Below are positions 1 to 9,890 of a DNA stretch of 64,000 nt, piece by piece. Location of the stretch: the IMG/VR virus record IMGVR_UViG_3300032677_000006. One strand, 5' to 3'. Numbering within the stretch: position 1 is the stretch's first letter; each line of letters starts with the position of its first letter. Both the position numbers and the translations under genes were made by a program. The notes under the pieces were generated by a model. It saw nothing but the letters and a program-made list of their open reading frames with translations, was not told the DNA's origin and made no database searches. This DNA is from a virus.

Positions 1-79
1 TAAGCATTCCGACCAGGTACGGCTGTAGATCGCCGAGCATTCGACTTTTTCCGCCAGGGTACCGTAATAGGCATTTCAT
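1..79 (-). CDS. dam: DNA adenine methyltransferase (Dam/D12 family), N-terminal fragment running off the window
   Basis: Manual translation MKCLLRYPGGKSRMLGDLQPYL; LRYPGGKS is the typical D12-class MTase N-terminal motif; GTTCT motif 11 nt upstream. Confidence 0.8.
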   Translation of the reverse strand, partial: MKCLLRYPGGKSRMLGDLQPYLVGML

Positions 80-174
80 GTCGCCAGTATAGAACACACA
101 CAGACGAGCCGTGGCCAGCTGAAAAATGACTAAACGTCAGCATTGTTCCACGTGGAACACGTAATAAGTTTATC

Positions 175-396
175 TTAGTAGTCTAACAGTTTGTCTACAA
201 TGTCGCTGGCGCTCTCCGCCTGGTGGCGCAGCTTGCCACCCCGCAGCTTAAACCCGGATTTGTTGACCCACTTCCCCACGGTGCCGGGAGCCACCTTGGC
301 GGACTTGGCGATCTGCGCGTTCGACTGGCCGCCCTGGCGGCAGCGGATGGCGGCAGCTTTTGAGCAGATGTCTCGAAAATTGAGTTTATGTCCCAC
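175..396 (-). CDS. small helix-turn-helix DNA-binding protein
   Basis: SNAQIAKSAKVAPGTVGKWV fits an HTH pattern. Confidence 0.6.
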   Translation of the reverse strand: MGHKLNFRDICSKAAAIRCRQGGQSNAQIAKSAKVAPGTVGKWVNKSGFKLRGGKLRHQAESASDIVDKLLDY

Positions 397-439
397 GGTA
401 TAGTTACACCACCAGCCTCTGACAACGAAAAGTTTAAGG

Positions 440-483
440 CTGGCGGCGGGCTACCCTTCCTCCTACAAGTAGCCCGCTGCCAG
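440..483 (-). terminator. GC-rich hairpin, probable terminator
   Basis: CTGGCAGCGGGCTAC / GTAGCCCGCCGCCAG inverted repeat just after the 489 stop, followed by CCTTAAACTTTT. Confidence 0.5.
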
Positions 484-488
484 ATTGC

Positions 489-842
489 TTAGGACGCAGG
501 AGCCACGGGCGCGACCGTCGAGATGGCTTGCGCCTGGGTCACCAGCGCCGCACTGTGCGCTTTCAGGGTAGTCAGCGCGGCCTGGTCGGCGGCGCTCAGG
601 GTCCCGGGTGAGTTGTTGAAGGCGGTAATTTCAGCATCCAAGGCTGAAATGCCCGTGACCACGGCAGCCAGCGCCGTTTGAATTCCCGTCAGGTCGGCAT
701 CTTCGGTGGCCGCCCAGTCTGTGATTGCACTCATTATTAGTTCTTTCGTTCTTTGCAGGTCCTGTACGGTTGCAGGCGTTCCGATGGACTTGCGGAAATC
801 GGAAATCTGCTTTGACAGCACGTCAAATTGTTGATCGTTCAT
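489..842 (-). CDS. hypothetical Ala-rich coiled-coil protein
   Basis: ORF co-oriented with head genes; helical composition. Confidence 0.6.
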   Translation of the reverse strand: MNDQQFDVLSKQISDFRKSIGTPATVQDLQRTKELIMSAITDWAATEDADLTGIQTALAAVVTGISALDAEITAFNNSPGTLSAADQAALTTLKAHSAALVTQAQAISTVAPVAPAS

Positions 843-993
843 AAATTAAAAGGAGTTGGGCGGTGTCGCTACAATGCGCACCAGGTCGAAAACAAAAGAC
901 AGAATTCACGAACCTGACCCTAGCCTGTTTTTAGCTAAGTGCCTATCAGGTGTTTACCTACCGGCAGAAACTGAGAAGTGGACCGATTTGTGC

Positions 994-1623
994 TCAGTCA
1001 AGCTGGACCTGGCGCTCCTGGGCCAGCCTGACCTGGTCGGCGGCGAAAGCGTCCTTCAGCCCCTGGTCCGCCTGGGCCATCATGGCGATGACGCCCAACA
1101 CGTTCCTGTAGACGTACTGCGCGGGCTTGCCACCGTCGTCTTCCGCTTCCAGCGGAATGTAGACAGGATTGGCCGTGCCGCTCAGTGTGGACGCGTCCAC
1201 CATCAGCACGTACTTGCCGCCGCCCAGGGCCTCCTTGAGCGTGGTGACCTGGGCCGTGACCCCAAACATCTCGTGGCCGGTGATGTCCTTGCCCAGGGAC
1301 TTTTTCTTGGCGTGCGGGTCGTAGCCTTCGTAGGAGGTGACGTAAGCGATGTTTGACGGCTGACGCAGGGAGACGTTGACGGAGAAATCTCCCTTCAGCC
1401 AGCCGAAGTGCGTGGTCGAGGCCCCGATGACGCTCTCAAAGCCCTGCTCCTTCATGAACTGGTTCACGGCCATCAGGCCGATGCGCCAGGCGGCGTGCCG
1501 CTGGCCCAGGGAAAGCTTCTTGGGCGGCCCTGGCTTGACGACGGAGGTTTCGCCGGTCGGGCTGACGGCGAACACCCGTTCGATCTTGGCTGGCAGCAAA
1601 TTGCTCACAGCCTGGAAGAACAA
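994..1623 (-). CDS. hypothetical protein
   Basis: 209-aa ORF, GC3-biased codons; start uncertain. Confidence 0.6.
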   Translation of the reverse strand: MFFQAVSNLLPAKIERVFAVSPTGETSVVKPGPPKKLSLGQRHAAWRIGLMAVNQFMKEQGFESVIGASTTHFGWLKGDFSVNVSLRQPSNIAYVTSYEGYDPHAKKKSLGKDITGHEMFGVTAQVTTLKEALGGGKYVLMVDASTLSGTANPVYIPLEAEDDGGKPAQYVYRNVLGVIAMMAQADQGLKDAFAADQVRLAQERQVQLD

Positions 1624-1624
1624 A

Positions 1625-2404
1625 TTACGCGCGCCGAGAAGCCCACCAGAGCTTGACGGCGGCGCTGCGGGCGGCGCGGTGCTCGGGCGTCTGCGGGCGG
1701 CCTAGTTTTACGGCTGACTGCTTTCGCCGTGTGGCGGCTGAGACCTTGTGACCGATCTGGCTAGTGCCGTCACGCTTGGGCATGTGGGCGCTGGCCTCCT
1801 CGAACCAACCCTCCCGCTTGGCAACACGGTAAGACCCCTGAGAGCCGTCGATCCAGGCTTGTCTGGTAGTGAACTTCCGAGCTTCTGCCACGATCAGCTC
1901 TTTGGTCCACTTGCGACCACGCACAGTGCCAACAGAGCCTCCGCTATTCCGATTCAACATGGTCCAGCCTTCGTTCTTGTACTGCGCGATGGCCAGCTTC
2001 TCCGCCTCCGGAGCTTGCTCCCGGGTCAAGCTCGTGGCCAGAACCTTGCGCGTGTAGGTGCCACAGACATCAGCGTGCTCCGCTACCGGGCCACTGACCT
2101 TGTGCGCGTACTGCCTGGCTCGTGGCAAGAAAGTCAACCCGACGTACGCGTGCTTGTCGGCAAATTCGTACACGTAGATTTCGTAGTCAGCCGCGAACGG
2201 GCTGGCCATAGGCGTCATGTGGGCGCAACACCGGTCAAGCAGGCCCCTTGAACTAGCCGCCTGGTAGTGGTTGTTGGCGTAGCGCTTCCAGTGCGAACGA
2301 TGCGGATACTGCGCAGCAGATGCCATCAGCTCTTCGTCTGTGTACTTCCAACGTACTTTGTACGCATGCTTTGGATTATTCTTAGATGTGTAGCTCATGT
2401 ACAT
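1625..2404 (-). CDS. free-standing GIY-YIG (Seg-like) homing endonuclease with NUMOD3-like tail
   Basis: YEIYVYEF...AYVGLT...R...AEK...MLN core; duplicated K(Y/W)TxE...AHM helical repeat; GHKVSAATRRKQS. Confidence 0.8.
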   Translation of the reverse strand: MYMSYTSKNNPKHAYKVRWKYTDEELMASAAQYPHRSHWKRYANNHYQAASSRGLLDRCCAHMTPMASPFAADYEIYVYEFADKHAYVGLTFLPRARQYAHKVSGPVAEHADVCGTYTRKVLATSLTREQAPEAEKLAIAQYKNEGWTMLNRNSGGSVGTVRGRKWTKELIVAEARKFTTRQAWIDGSQGSYRVAKREGWFEEASAHMPKRDGTSQIGHKVSAATRRKQSAVKLGRPQTPEHRAARSAAVKLWWASRRA

Positions 2405-2438
2405 ACACTAATGTATCATGCAGTCAAACGCAACAAAT

Positions 2439-2465
2439 AAAAAACCCACGGTTTCCCGTGGGTTT
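2439..2465 (-). terminator. intrinsic terminator after major capsid gene
   Basis: AAACCCACGG-TTTC-CCGTGGGTTT hairpin with a T-run on the minus strand. Confidence 0.85.
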
Positions 2466-2487
2466 GTGAAGACTTAAGCGGCTAGGC

Positions 2488-3957
2488 TTAACCGATAGTC
2501 TGGCCAAAAGCGCTTGGACTATTCTGCACGAGGCCGCGTGCAAACATCTTCGAGTTGATCATTTTGCGCGCGAAGCTCGTGGCAAAACCCCGTTGATGGA
2601 TGAAGTCAGGCAGCACCACGTCAGGGGTGGTGTACAGCTTCTGGTACTCGGCCAACACGTAGCCGGTCGTGAGGAACTGATCGCCCTTGTGGCCGACCAG
2701 GAACTCGTTCACCGGATAGTGGGGATCGGCGAACACTTTCTTGTTGCCGATGTCGCCCAGGTACGTGATGCCCTGCATCTGGACCCGGTTGTTCTTCGGC
2801 ACGAACTGCGGCAGCGTGGCCACCACGGTAGCGGCTTGGAGGCCCAAGAGCATCCAGTTACCGGCGACCATGTTCGTGGAACCGAAGATGAAGTTCGAGG
2901 CAGTCTCGAACGCGTCGATGATGGAGAACTTGTGCGTCTGGTAATTGACGTTCGCCGGAGCGATAGCGTCCCAGACCACGAACCCGGCATCCGCCTTGGC
3001 CCGCAAGTCAAAGATGACCTGGCGGTGCTTCTGGTATTGCAGGGCGTTGGTCAACGCGTTGAGCAGGACGCTCTCCGCCTTGATGTTGTACATGGCCTGG
3101 AGGTTCTGGTCGGCTTCCTCGGACCAGAGCGTCTTCAGCTTCATCACCTTGGCGGTGACGGGGGTGCTGGAGAGCTTCATCTCGTAGTCCTGGATCGCCA
3201 GGTTGCCTTCCGAGTTGAACGCGTAGCTCACAGTGTAGCTGGCAGCCGTTTCCGCGCTGACGGTGATCGTACCCGCGCCGGAACCTTGATAGGTCACCAC
3301 GCCGATATACGCGCCCGTGGCCACGTTGACGATCTGGCCGTTGCCGTCGTCCGCGAACTGGGTGCCGTCACCGAAGGAACCGGAAATCGTCCCGGTGCGG
3401 ATCGGAGTCCATTCCAGCACGAACACGCCGGAACCATTCGTGGTGCCGGTTTCGTCCTGGACGACTTCATCAGCGTCATCGTCGCGGTCCACCGCGCCTT
3501 GCAGCGCGCGCCAGACGGGTGCGCCTGCCGGGGTGCGGCCTTTGCGCCGACCGGTGACGATGTCCATGTACACGATCTGGCTGACCGGGCCAGCCATGGG
3601 CTGGAGGGCCACCAGTTGATCAATCACGTCGTTTTCCGACATGTTGGCGATGATGGGGAAAATCCACTTGTCGAACGTCCCGAGGGAGGTCGTACGAGTG
3701 ACTTCGTCCAGACGGCCAAAACGGCTGCGGCAGTTTTCGAGCATGATCGCCGCCAGCGGTTTCTTGTGCTCCGGCATGTGGTCGACGAATTCCTTCCAGC
3801 CTTTGGCTTCCCAAAGACCTCGGGGATTTTTGTCGCGGCTGACCCCGACCGGCGTTTCCGCCAGGCGGTAGCCCCACTCAAGGACATCCATGAAGCGGGA
3901 AATGTGCCCGCCATCAGATGCCAATACCGGTCTTCCACTTTCAGTTAGAATAACCAT
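2488..3957 (-). CDS. gp23: major capsid protein, T4 gp23-like
   Basis: LVALQPMAGPVSQI, VTAKVMKLKTLWSEEADQNLQAMYNI, KVFADPHY, FLVGHKG, GYVLAEY match gp23-family blocks. Confidence 0.93.
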   Translation of the reverse strand: MVILTESGRPVLASDGGHISRFMDVLEWGYRLAETPVGVSRDKNPRGLWEAKGWKEFVDHMPEHKKPLAAIMLENCRSRFGRLDEVTRTTSLGTFDKWIFPIIANMSENDVIDQLVALQPMAGPVSQIVYMDIVTGRRKGRTPAGAPVWRALQGAVDRDDDADEVVQDETGTTNGSGVFVLEWTPIRTGTISGSFGDGTQFADDGNGQIVNVATGAYIGVVTYQGSGAGTITVSAETAASYTVSYAFNSEGNLAIQDYEMKLSSTPVTAKVMKLKTLWSEEADQNLQAMYNIKAESVLLNALTNALQYQKHRQVIFDLRAKADAGFVVWDAIAPANVNYQTHKFSIIDAFETASNFIFGSTNMVAGNWMLLGLQAATVVATLPQFVPKNNRVQMQGITYLGDIGNKKVFADPHYPVNEFLVGHKGDQFLTTGYVLAEYQKLYTTPDVVLPDFIHQRGFATSFARKMINSKMFARGLVQNSPSAFGQTIG

Positions 3958-3997
3958 AAGTATTTATTTCTTAGTTTGTTGTGTTGGTTGATGGCGT

Positions 3998-5674
3998 TTA
4001 CTTGACTGAACCGCTCAAGCGTTGCACCAGGCCGATGGACTCGCTCAGGTCGCGAATGTCGCGACTCTGGGTAAGCACACGGGCTTCGGTAATCGCCGGA
4101 GCAGCGGGCTTGGCGTCGTTGGACTCGGTTTTCACCTTGCCCGGTTCGGCGGCCACTTTCCCGGATTCAGGGCTGCCAGCGCCCTTCACCTTTTCGTCCT
4201 TGATGCCTTCTTTGGACGGCACTTCGCCCTCTTTGGGCTGTTTCAGCGCGTCAGCTTCTTGGACCGAATCTTTCTTGGGGCCTTCCAGTTTTTCCCGGAT
4301 GACCGCGATGTGACGGAGACGAGTGGCCTCTTTGAGCGCCTTCTGGATTTCCGGCGTCTGCGCCTTGTCCTTGAATTCCAGGACGATCACCCGGCGACCG
4401 AGTTCCGTGACGTCTTCGTGATAGCGCTGGGCCATCAGGTCCAGGGCCTCGCAGGAGGTGTCGAAGTCGTGCTCCAGCGCCAGGAACTTGGCCTTGCGGC
4501 TTTCCGCCAGGCGTTGCCAGCCCTGACCGCGCCGGGTCAATTCTTCGACCATCTTCTGGCCGCTGCGCTTGCCTTTGATGGCTTCGCCCAGCTTTTTCTT
4601 GTACGTGACCGCCGTTTGAGCGGTGGCGTTGATGACGCGCATCAGCTTGCCGTTCTGTTCGGTCAGGCGTTTGGCCTCCTTGATGGGAAGGCGGGCCGAT
4701 TGGGTCCAGGTCTCGGACAGACTGTCGAGTTCCTTGTGCAGCTTCTGGGCTTCCCAGGAGCGTTTCGGATCGGCAGCAGCCCATTCGCAGACCTGCTGGT
4801 GCAAGTCCTCGATTTGGCCCATGGACTCGGCGAATCTGCTCAGCTTGGTGGGTTCCAAACCTCGGAGCGCGGTCACCCGCGTCTTGATTTCGTTGATTTC
4901 CATATTTTTTGTGGTGTGTTTGTTGCTGGCTGTTGCAGGGCTACTGCTTGAACCAGATGAAGGCGACGATTCCTTCAAATTTTTGGCAGTCTCGGCTTCG
5001 AGGACTGGGGCCGTTTTGGCCGGTTGGAGAGATTCTGCGGTGGGGTTGGGGGAAACAGGGGCGGCGAACTGCGGGGTCGAGGTGCTGAGGGCGGGGCGCT
5101 GCGGGGTCAGTTCGGCGGATTCAAAACTCGGCTTGATGACCACGTCCCAGCTTTCACACACGTAGTCCTCCTCCACGTTGTCCACGCCGTCCGCTCCGCG
5201 CTTCAGGGAGCCGTAGCCTCGGCTGGACACCAGTGGATTGTAGCCGCCTTCAATCAATCCCATCAGCTTGCCGGACTCAGGTATGAGCGTGGGATTATAC
5301 AGCGCAATCTCGCCCATGACCTCGTGAATGACTTTCCCGTCCGCGTCCTTGGACTCCACCATCTGCGCGCTGACCACCTGGTGGGAAATCGGGGATTGCA
5401 GCGTCACCAGGCCGTCCTTGGGATGTTCCAGCAGGCCGAAGGCGGCGTTGCGCTTGATGGCTTCCTGGAGCGGCGATCCGGGCGTGAGATTCTTTTCCCA
5501 GACGCGCTTGCTGTAGCGCCGGTTGTTGCCGTTGACGCAGTCACAGACGCTGAAGCGACCCGGTATGCGAGCAACACTTCCGCCGTTGGGACGGCTCTCG
5601 ATAACGGGAGGTTTGGACCGGTCTACGATGAACGTATAGGCTCCGGCAATGCCTTCGGCTAAGTATTGTCTCAT
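3998..5674 (-). CDS. prohead protease (gp21-like) fused to coiled-coil scaffold/core domain
   Basis: NGNNRRY, GLLEHP, SSRGYGS, WDVVIKPS protease motifs; long charged coiled-coil C-terminus; lies directly upstream of the capsid gene. Confidence 0.88.
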   Translation of the reverse strand: MRQYLAEGIAGAYTFIVDRSKPPVIESRPNGGSVARIPGRFSVCDCVNGNNRRYSKRVWEKNLTPGSPLQEAIKRNAAFGLLEHPKDGLVTLQSPISHQVVSAQMVESKDADGKVIHEVMGEIALYNPTLIPESGKLMGLIEGGYNPLVSSRGYGSLKRGADGVDNVEEDYVCESWDVVIKPSFESAELTPQRPALSTSTPQFAAPVSPNPTAESLQPAKTAPVLEAETAKNLKESSPSSGSSSSPATASNKHTTKNMEINEIKTRVTALRGLEPTKLSRFAESMGQIEDLHQQVCEWAAADPKRSWEAQKLHKELDSLSETWTQSARLPIKEAKRLTEQNGKLMRVINATAQTAVTYKKKLGEAIKGKRSGQKMVEELTRRGQGWQRLAESRKAKFLALEHDFDTSCEALDLMAQRYHEDVTELGRRVIVLEFKDKAQTPEIQKALKEATRLRHIAVIREKLEGPKKDSVQEADALKQPKEGEVPSKEGIKDEKVKGAGSPESGKVAAEPGKVKTESNDAKPAAPAITEARVLTQSRDIRDLSESIGLVQRLSGSVK

Positions 5675-5778
5675 GTATGCGGCGGACGCGCTGATTAAAG
5701 GGTCCGCCTATAACCACGAGGAACCGCCGCCGAAAGTAAACGAAACGCGAAAACGCCGCTAAGACGATTGAAACTACA

Positions 5779-6048
5779 TCAAATGTTGGGAGAATAAGGC
5801 AGCACCGGCGCTTTGGGCAGTCGCGGCCTCTCAATTAGCACCTCTGCCTTCAGAAAATTCCAGGCCATGGTCAAGGCTTCCTCGATGGCGTCCATGTTCG
5901 CGCCGCGCTGCTTGAACCACTCACGAACCTCCTCAATTTCAAGCTCTTCGCTGAAACCGTCCACCGGAGTGGTCAGCGTGCAAAAGGTGCTGAACATCTC
6001 CCGGGTGATGATCACGTGCAGGGGTTCAGGGGAGGGTGGAATCTGCAT
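5779..6048 (-). CDS. hypothetical protein
   Basis: ORF in a tightly packed operon. Confidence 0.6.
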   Translation of the reverse strand: MQIPPSPEPLHVIITREMFSTFCTLTTPVDGFSEELEIEEVREWFKQRGANMDAIEEALTMAWNFLKAEVLIERPRLPKAPVLPYSPNI

Positions 6049-6766
6049 ATTTTACCAGGTAGGCGGACAGGTCTTGGAAGGCTAAGTTGAACGATTCACG
6101 ACTGTCAACCAGCTCAAGCTGATCTGGTTGCATGAACTCGTATACAATAGCGAGCGCAATTTCATCCGCCCAGTCGCAAAAATTATCCCGATTTATGCCC
6201 GGCAGGCACTCCTTGTAGCGCTCCAGAGCCGCCTCTTTCATCCGGTCCAAAGTAGACGGCAATTCGTCAATGTACCGCTGCGGGTCTACGTTTTCAGCGG
6301 ACTCGCCCATGGGCCGGATGTTCCTGGCGTCGCCGATGGTGAAGTAGTCGGCCACACCCTCTGATTCGTCGAACGGCGGAAATGGATCGCTCACGTGTAC
6401 GCGGGGCAGGTAGCGCCGCAGCAGCCGGTGATAAAAGCTCAGCTTGTCCTGGTTGTAGCTGCCGACCAGGAGAGTGCCGTACTTGGAAATCCAGCTGCGC
6501 ACCAGGTCCAGAAACTCGTGCCGGTGGCCCAACGCGTGATGTCCGCCCACCTGGCGCTTCTGCTGGCTGTCCGGGTCGAACGACAGGCCGCGCCGGTTGA
6601 GCGAAATTTCGTTGAACTTGACCTCCTCGCCCTTGATGTGCTTTTTGCCCTGCCAGAGCTTCATGTTGTAGTCCCCGACGTCGGCGGCGGCCACCAGGGT
6701 GTAGCCCTCGGGCGTCCACTCGCCGTCGGTTTCCAACAGGCTGAAGGCTAACTGGGCGGCGTTCAT
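6026..6766 (-). CDS. hypothetical protein with LLE N-terminal motif (putative head-internal protein)
   Basis: Begins MNAAQLAFSLLE; ATGA overlap with upstream gene. Confidence 0.65.
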   Translation of the reverse strand: MNAAQLAFSLLETDGEWTPEGYTLVAAADVGDYNMKLWQGKKHIKGEEVKFNEISLNRRGLSFDPDSQQKRQVGGHHALGHRHEFLDLVRSWISKYGTLLVGSYNQDKLSFYHRLLRRYLPRVHVSDPFPPFDESEGVADYFTIGDARNIRPMGESAENVDPQRYIDELPSTLDRMKEAALERYKECLPGINRDNFCDWADEIALAIVYEFMQPDQLELVDSRESFNLAFQDLSAYLVKYADSTLP

Positions 6767-7059
6767 CCTTTGCCGAAAATGTCGTGCCAGGGGTGGTTCG
6801 GGTCCCGGGCCGCCTGCCGGAACTTTTCGTGCGCGGCCCGGATGGTCTTGGGCGGCCAGATGATCGGGCCTTTGCAGTCGGAATGGTACGCCTGATCCAT
6901 GCTCTCGCCCTGGAAAAAGACGTGCTTCTCGTGAATTTCCTGCTGGCAGTGCGGACAGACGTGATACGTCTCTGCGCGCGTGGCCTCAATTACTTCCAGG
7001 GACTGGGTCGGCTGGCTTTGCTGGCTCTCCCCCAGGACTCTTCGTAGCGTTGTGTTCAT
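6763..7059 (-). CDS. small Zn-binding protein with VLGE N-terminal motif
   Basis: MNTTLRRVLGE; CPHC...HSDC. Confidence 0.6.
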   Translation of the reverse strand: MNTTLRRVLGESQQSQPTQSLEVIEATRAETYHVCPHCQQEIHEKHVFFQGESMDQAYHSDCKGPIIWPPKTIRAAHEKFRQAARDPNHPWHDIFGKG

Positions 7060-7468
7060 GCAGTGCCTTGGTTATGGCGTCTTTGTAGATACCGAAGCAC
7101 AGCCCGCTGTAAAATCGGCCTGGCGTCGCGAGCTTCATCTTGCCCTGCTCATTCAGGAGCACGAATTCGACGGCCTGGGCTTCGCTGAAATGGTTCAGGT
7201 AGCACTTGTTGGCCGGGCTGCTGGGCAGGTGCTGGCCCGCCACCGGCTCCAGGTAGATTTTGTAATTCTTGTCGGTCGGCACCACCGTCGCACCGTTTTT
7301 GATGGCCTCCAGGGCGATGGATGGCTTCATGCCGCCGCAGTGGGAGCAGGTGTTGTCGTCACGCCAGTGCGGCTGGCTGTGGGAGTGGTAAACCAAAGGA
7401 CTGGCCGCGATCTCAGCTTCGGTCATCACCGAGCACCGGCCCCAGAACGTGTCGGCGTCCTGGCTCAC
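6986..7468 (-). CDS. hypothetical protein
   Basis: 160-aa ORF with CSHCGG; ATGA coupling at 7465-7468. Confidence 0.6.
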   Translation of the reverse strand: MSQDADTFWGRCSVMTEAEIAASPLVYHSHSQPHWRDDNTCSHCGGMKPSIALEAIKNGATVVPTDKNYKIYLEPVAGQHLPSSPANKCYLNHFSEAQAVEFVLLNEQGKMKLATPGRFYSGLCFGIYKDAITKALHEHNATKSPGGEPAKPADPVPGSN

Positions 7469-8070
7469 ATGAACCTCCGCAGGGCCTCGTAGGCGTTGGT
7501 GGGATTAAAATTGCTGGTCGGCTCCGGCATCGTGCCGCCGTCCTTGGCCGATAGCAACGCCATGGCGGCGTGGCCCTGCGCCTGGGGCGCGTCTTCAGTC
7601 AAGACCGTCATATTCTGCACCATGGCCTCAGCCTCCTCGGTGGACACGGCTCCGGCGGCGGCCATCTCCTGGCCGTTGCGCGCAGGCGCTCCAGTGCGCC
7701 GGTGGCCCAAAAGCACATCCATGGCGCGCATGGCTGGATCGCTCTGGCCCATGCCGTTCTGGGGCAGCTCCGGGGCGTTCTCCAGGTCAGCCACGGTAAA
7801 CTTCTGCGGGCTGCCGCTGCCTGGCACTTTGGAGGGGTCGATGGGCTGCTGTGAGTCGGGCGTGCAGTCCGGGGCGGTCAGCGCCGAGTACGGCGTCAGG
7901 TACTTCTCCTTTTCGCCGGTCGGCTTGCTGGGTTCCTGGACCACCCGGGTCAGCGGAGCCAGCGGTTTGCCTACCACTTCCTGGGTCATGTCGTGCTCTT
8001 CGGCGTCGTCAGGAATTACCCCTTTGGTGCCGCGCTCTTCGCCAAGCACACGTTTCAACATTGGATTCAT
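7465..8070 (-). CDS. hypothetical Pro/Ala-rich protein with VLGE N-terminal motif
   Basis: Start re-assigned to MNPMLKRVLGEE, which overlaps the upstream stop. Confidence 0.65.
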   Translation of the reverse strand: MNPMLKRVLGEERGTKGVIPDDAEEHDMTQEVVGKPLAPLTRVVQEPSKPTGEKEKYLTPYSALTAPDCTPDSQQPIDPSKVPGSGSPQKFTVADLENAPELPQNGMGQSDPAMRAMDVLLGHRRTGAPARNGQEMAAAGAVSTEEAEAMVQNMTVLTEDAPQAQGHAAMALLSAKDGGTMPEPTSNFNPTNAYEALRRFM

Positions 8071-8282
8071 ACGCGTAATTTTGACATTTCCCGGTCGTAG
8101 GAGGCCGCCGTGGCCGGATCGTGCATCCGGATCAGTTCGCTGGCCAGGGCGATGATCTGGTCGCGGTCGCCGCGCTTGGCGGCGGCCACAATGGCGTTGG
8201 CCAGCTCCACCTCCCGGCGCTCTTCCGGGCTGCCGGAGGTTTCGCTGTCTTCGCCCAGTACCTGTGCAATCAGTGCATTCAC
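8067..8282 (-). CDS. hypothetical protein with VLGE N-terminal motif
   Basis: MNALIAQVLGED; ATGA coupling. Confidence 0.65.
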   Translation of the reverse strand: MNALIAQVLGEDSETSGSPEERREVELANAIVAAAKRGDRDQIIALASELIRMHDPATAASYDREMSKLRV

Positions 8283-8716
8283 GAAACCGGCTCCATTGTG
8301 CCTTTGTCACGGTTGGCGACCACCCGCTGCAAAATCTGGGAATAATCGGACGACGGCTCCGGCACGGGAATGTTCTCCGAATCCGCCAGCTCGTCCAGCA
8401 GCTGGCCAAGCTCGCGCCCTGCGCCCTGGCCGATCACAAAGCACAGGTTGACAAAATCAACGTAGCTGGCGGGTGTAAACATCAGCTGGGTGGCCACGTC
8501 CATCTTCTGGCCGGATTGCCACATGCGGGCCAGCTCCTGAACCGGCACGGTGCTGGATTGAGCTGGCGGCGCATCCATCTCGGTTGGCTCCGGATCAATC
8601 TGGGCTGGCTCCGGACCTGCTTGCGCCTGGCTCTGAGCCGCGTCGTCTACCTCGGGCGGCGCGATTTCATCGTCCGACTCGCCCAGCAGGCGGCGCAAAA
8701 ATGGGTTGTAGCTCAT
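8279..8716 (-). CDS. acidic hypothetical protein with LLGE N-terminal motif
   Basis: MSYNPFLRRLLGES; GTAGTTA motif upstream. Confidence 0.65.
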   Translation of the reverse strand: MSYNPFLRRLLGESDDEIAPPEVDDAAQSQAQAGPEPAQIDPEPTEMDAPPAQSSTVPVQELARMWQSGQKMDVATQLMFTPASYVDFVNLCFVIGQGAGRELGQLLDELADSENIPVPEPSSDYSQILQRVVANRDKGTMEPVS

Positions 8717-8727
8717 ACCTGGGCTAA

Positions 8728-9657
8728 CTACACCAGGTCAGTGAGAATCCGATAACCGACCTGCTCAAGTTGACGGGTGGAGCTGCCTGCGTTCATGTAG
8801 CCGCCCGACCACGGGGGATAGATCAGCTTGAACGGACGGTAGTAGTGACGGTAGCTATACTCACGCGTGGCCCGGTTCATGGCCTGGGAGGCAACCAGGT
8901 CGGCCTGCTTGCGCGGAACCCCGGCAAAGCTGGTGGGGACATCCTGGTGCTGGAGCAGACCATGTTCGATGTCCAGGCAGTTCATGTCCTGCTTTTCCAT
9001 CTGGATGAAACCAGCCAGGCGCGCCCGGATGTTGAAGTCGCAGTGCTCCTCGCCGAATTTCCCAAACTCAGTGTCGAAGTAACCGATCTTTTCAATCACC
9101 GCCCGGGTCATGGACATCATGATTCCGGTCATGCGCGGCAGCATCTTGACCTTGTACCCGCGCCAGGGGTACGTGACCCACTTGTAGCTCTCCGGGTTGC
9201 CGGAGATGGCCGGGCTGGCCTTGTCGAAGTCGCAGAAACAGAACAGGCCCACGCCCAGGTCATCGTGCGCCTGGGCGTACGCGCGGACGAAATCACCGGT
9301 GACCAGCAGGTCGTCGTTACACAGGCACAGGTGGTCGCAGCCCGAGTCCATGAACATTTTGATCAGCCGGTTGCTGTTGCCTGCCACCCCCAGGTTGCGT
9401 TCGCCCAGGAGCACCCGGGCGTTGGGATAGACCGCCGCCGGGTCGCCGCTGTCTACGTATTCCGTGGCCATGAGATCGCGCCGGTAGGCGTACTCTGTCG
9501 TGCGGCCCGCTTTCAGGAAGCTCGACGTGCTGTCCCGCTGGCCGCAGTCTTCAGCGATGGCGCACTGGTACTGGGAGCAGTGCTCTTCAATTCCGGCCAT
9601 CATGGCCTGGAGCGCCGCCAGCCGCCGGAAGGTGAGGATGCCGATGAAAGATTTCAT
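8728..9657 (-). CDS. glycosyltransferase, GT-A fold (GT2-like)
   Basis: IGILTFRR, NLGVAGNSN, LCNDD, IGYFDTEFGKFGEEHCDF. Confidence 0.85.
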   Translation of the reverse strand: MKSFIGILTFRRLAALQAMMAGIEEHCSQYQCAIAEDCGQRDSTSSFLKAGRTTEYAYRRDLMATEYVDSGDPAAVYPNARVLLGERNLGVAGNSNRLIKMFMDSGCDHLCLCNDDLLVTGDFVRAYAQAHDDLGVGLFCFCDFDKASPAISGNPESYKWVTYPWRGYKVKMLPRMTGIMMSMTRAVIEKIGYFDTEFGKFGEEHCDFNIRARLAGFIQMEKQDMNCLDIEHGLLQHQDVPTSFAGVPRKQADLVASQAMNRATREYSYRHYYRPFKLIYPPWSGGYMNAGSSTRQLEQVGYRILTDLV

Positions 9658-9890
9658 GATTCAGATTCCGTGAGCACGCCGATGACTTTTGGCTCGCCGA
9701 CGATTTTAGCGGCGGCAGCGTTGGCCCGGAACAGGCACGTCAGCGTTTCCACCGCCTCTTTGGCCGCCTGGTCGTACAGCTGGCCGATCAGGCAGTCGTG
9801 GCCCCAGGGCGACGTGGCTTTGATCTCCACGGTCAGCTGGATGCGGGCGGTGGCTTTGACCCGGGGCCGGGGCATGACTTTGGTTTCCAT
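9654..9890 (-). CDS. hypothetical protein
   Basis: ORF coupled to the downstream gene. Confidence 0.6.
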   Translation of the reverse strand: METKVMPRPRVKATARIQLTVEIKATSPWGHDCLIGQLYDQAAKEAVETLTCLFRANAAAAKIVGEPKVIGVLTESES

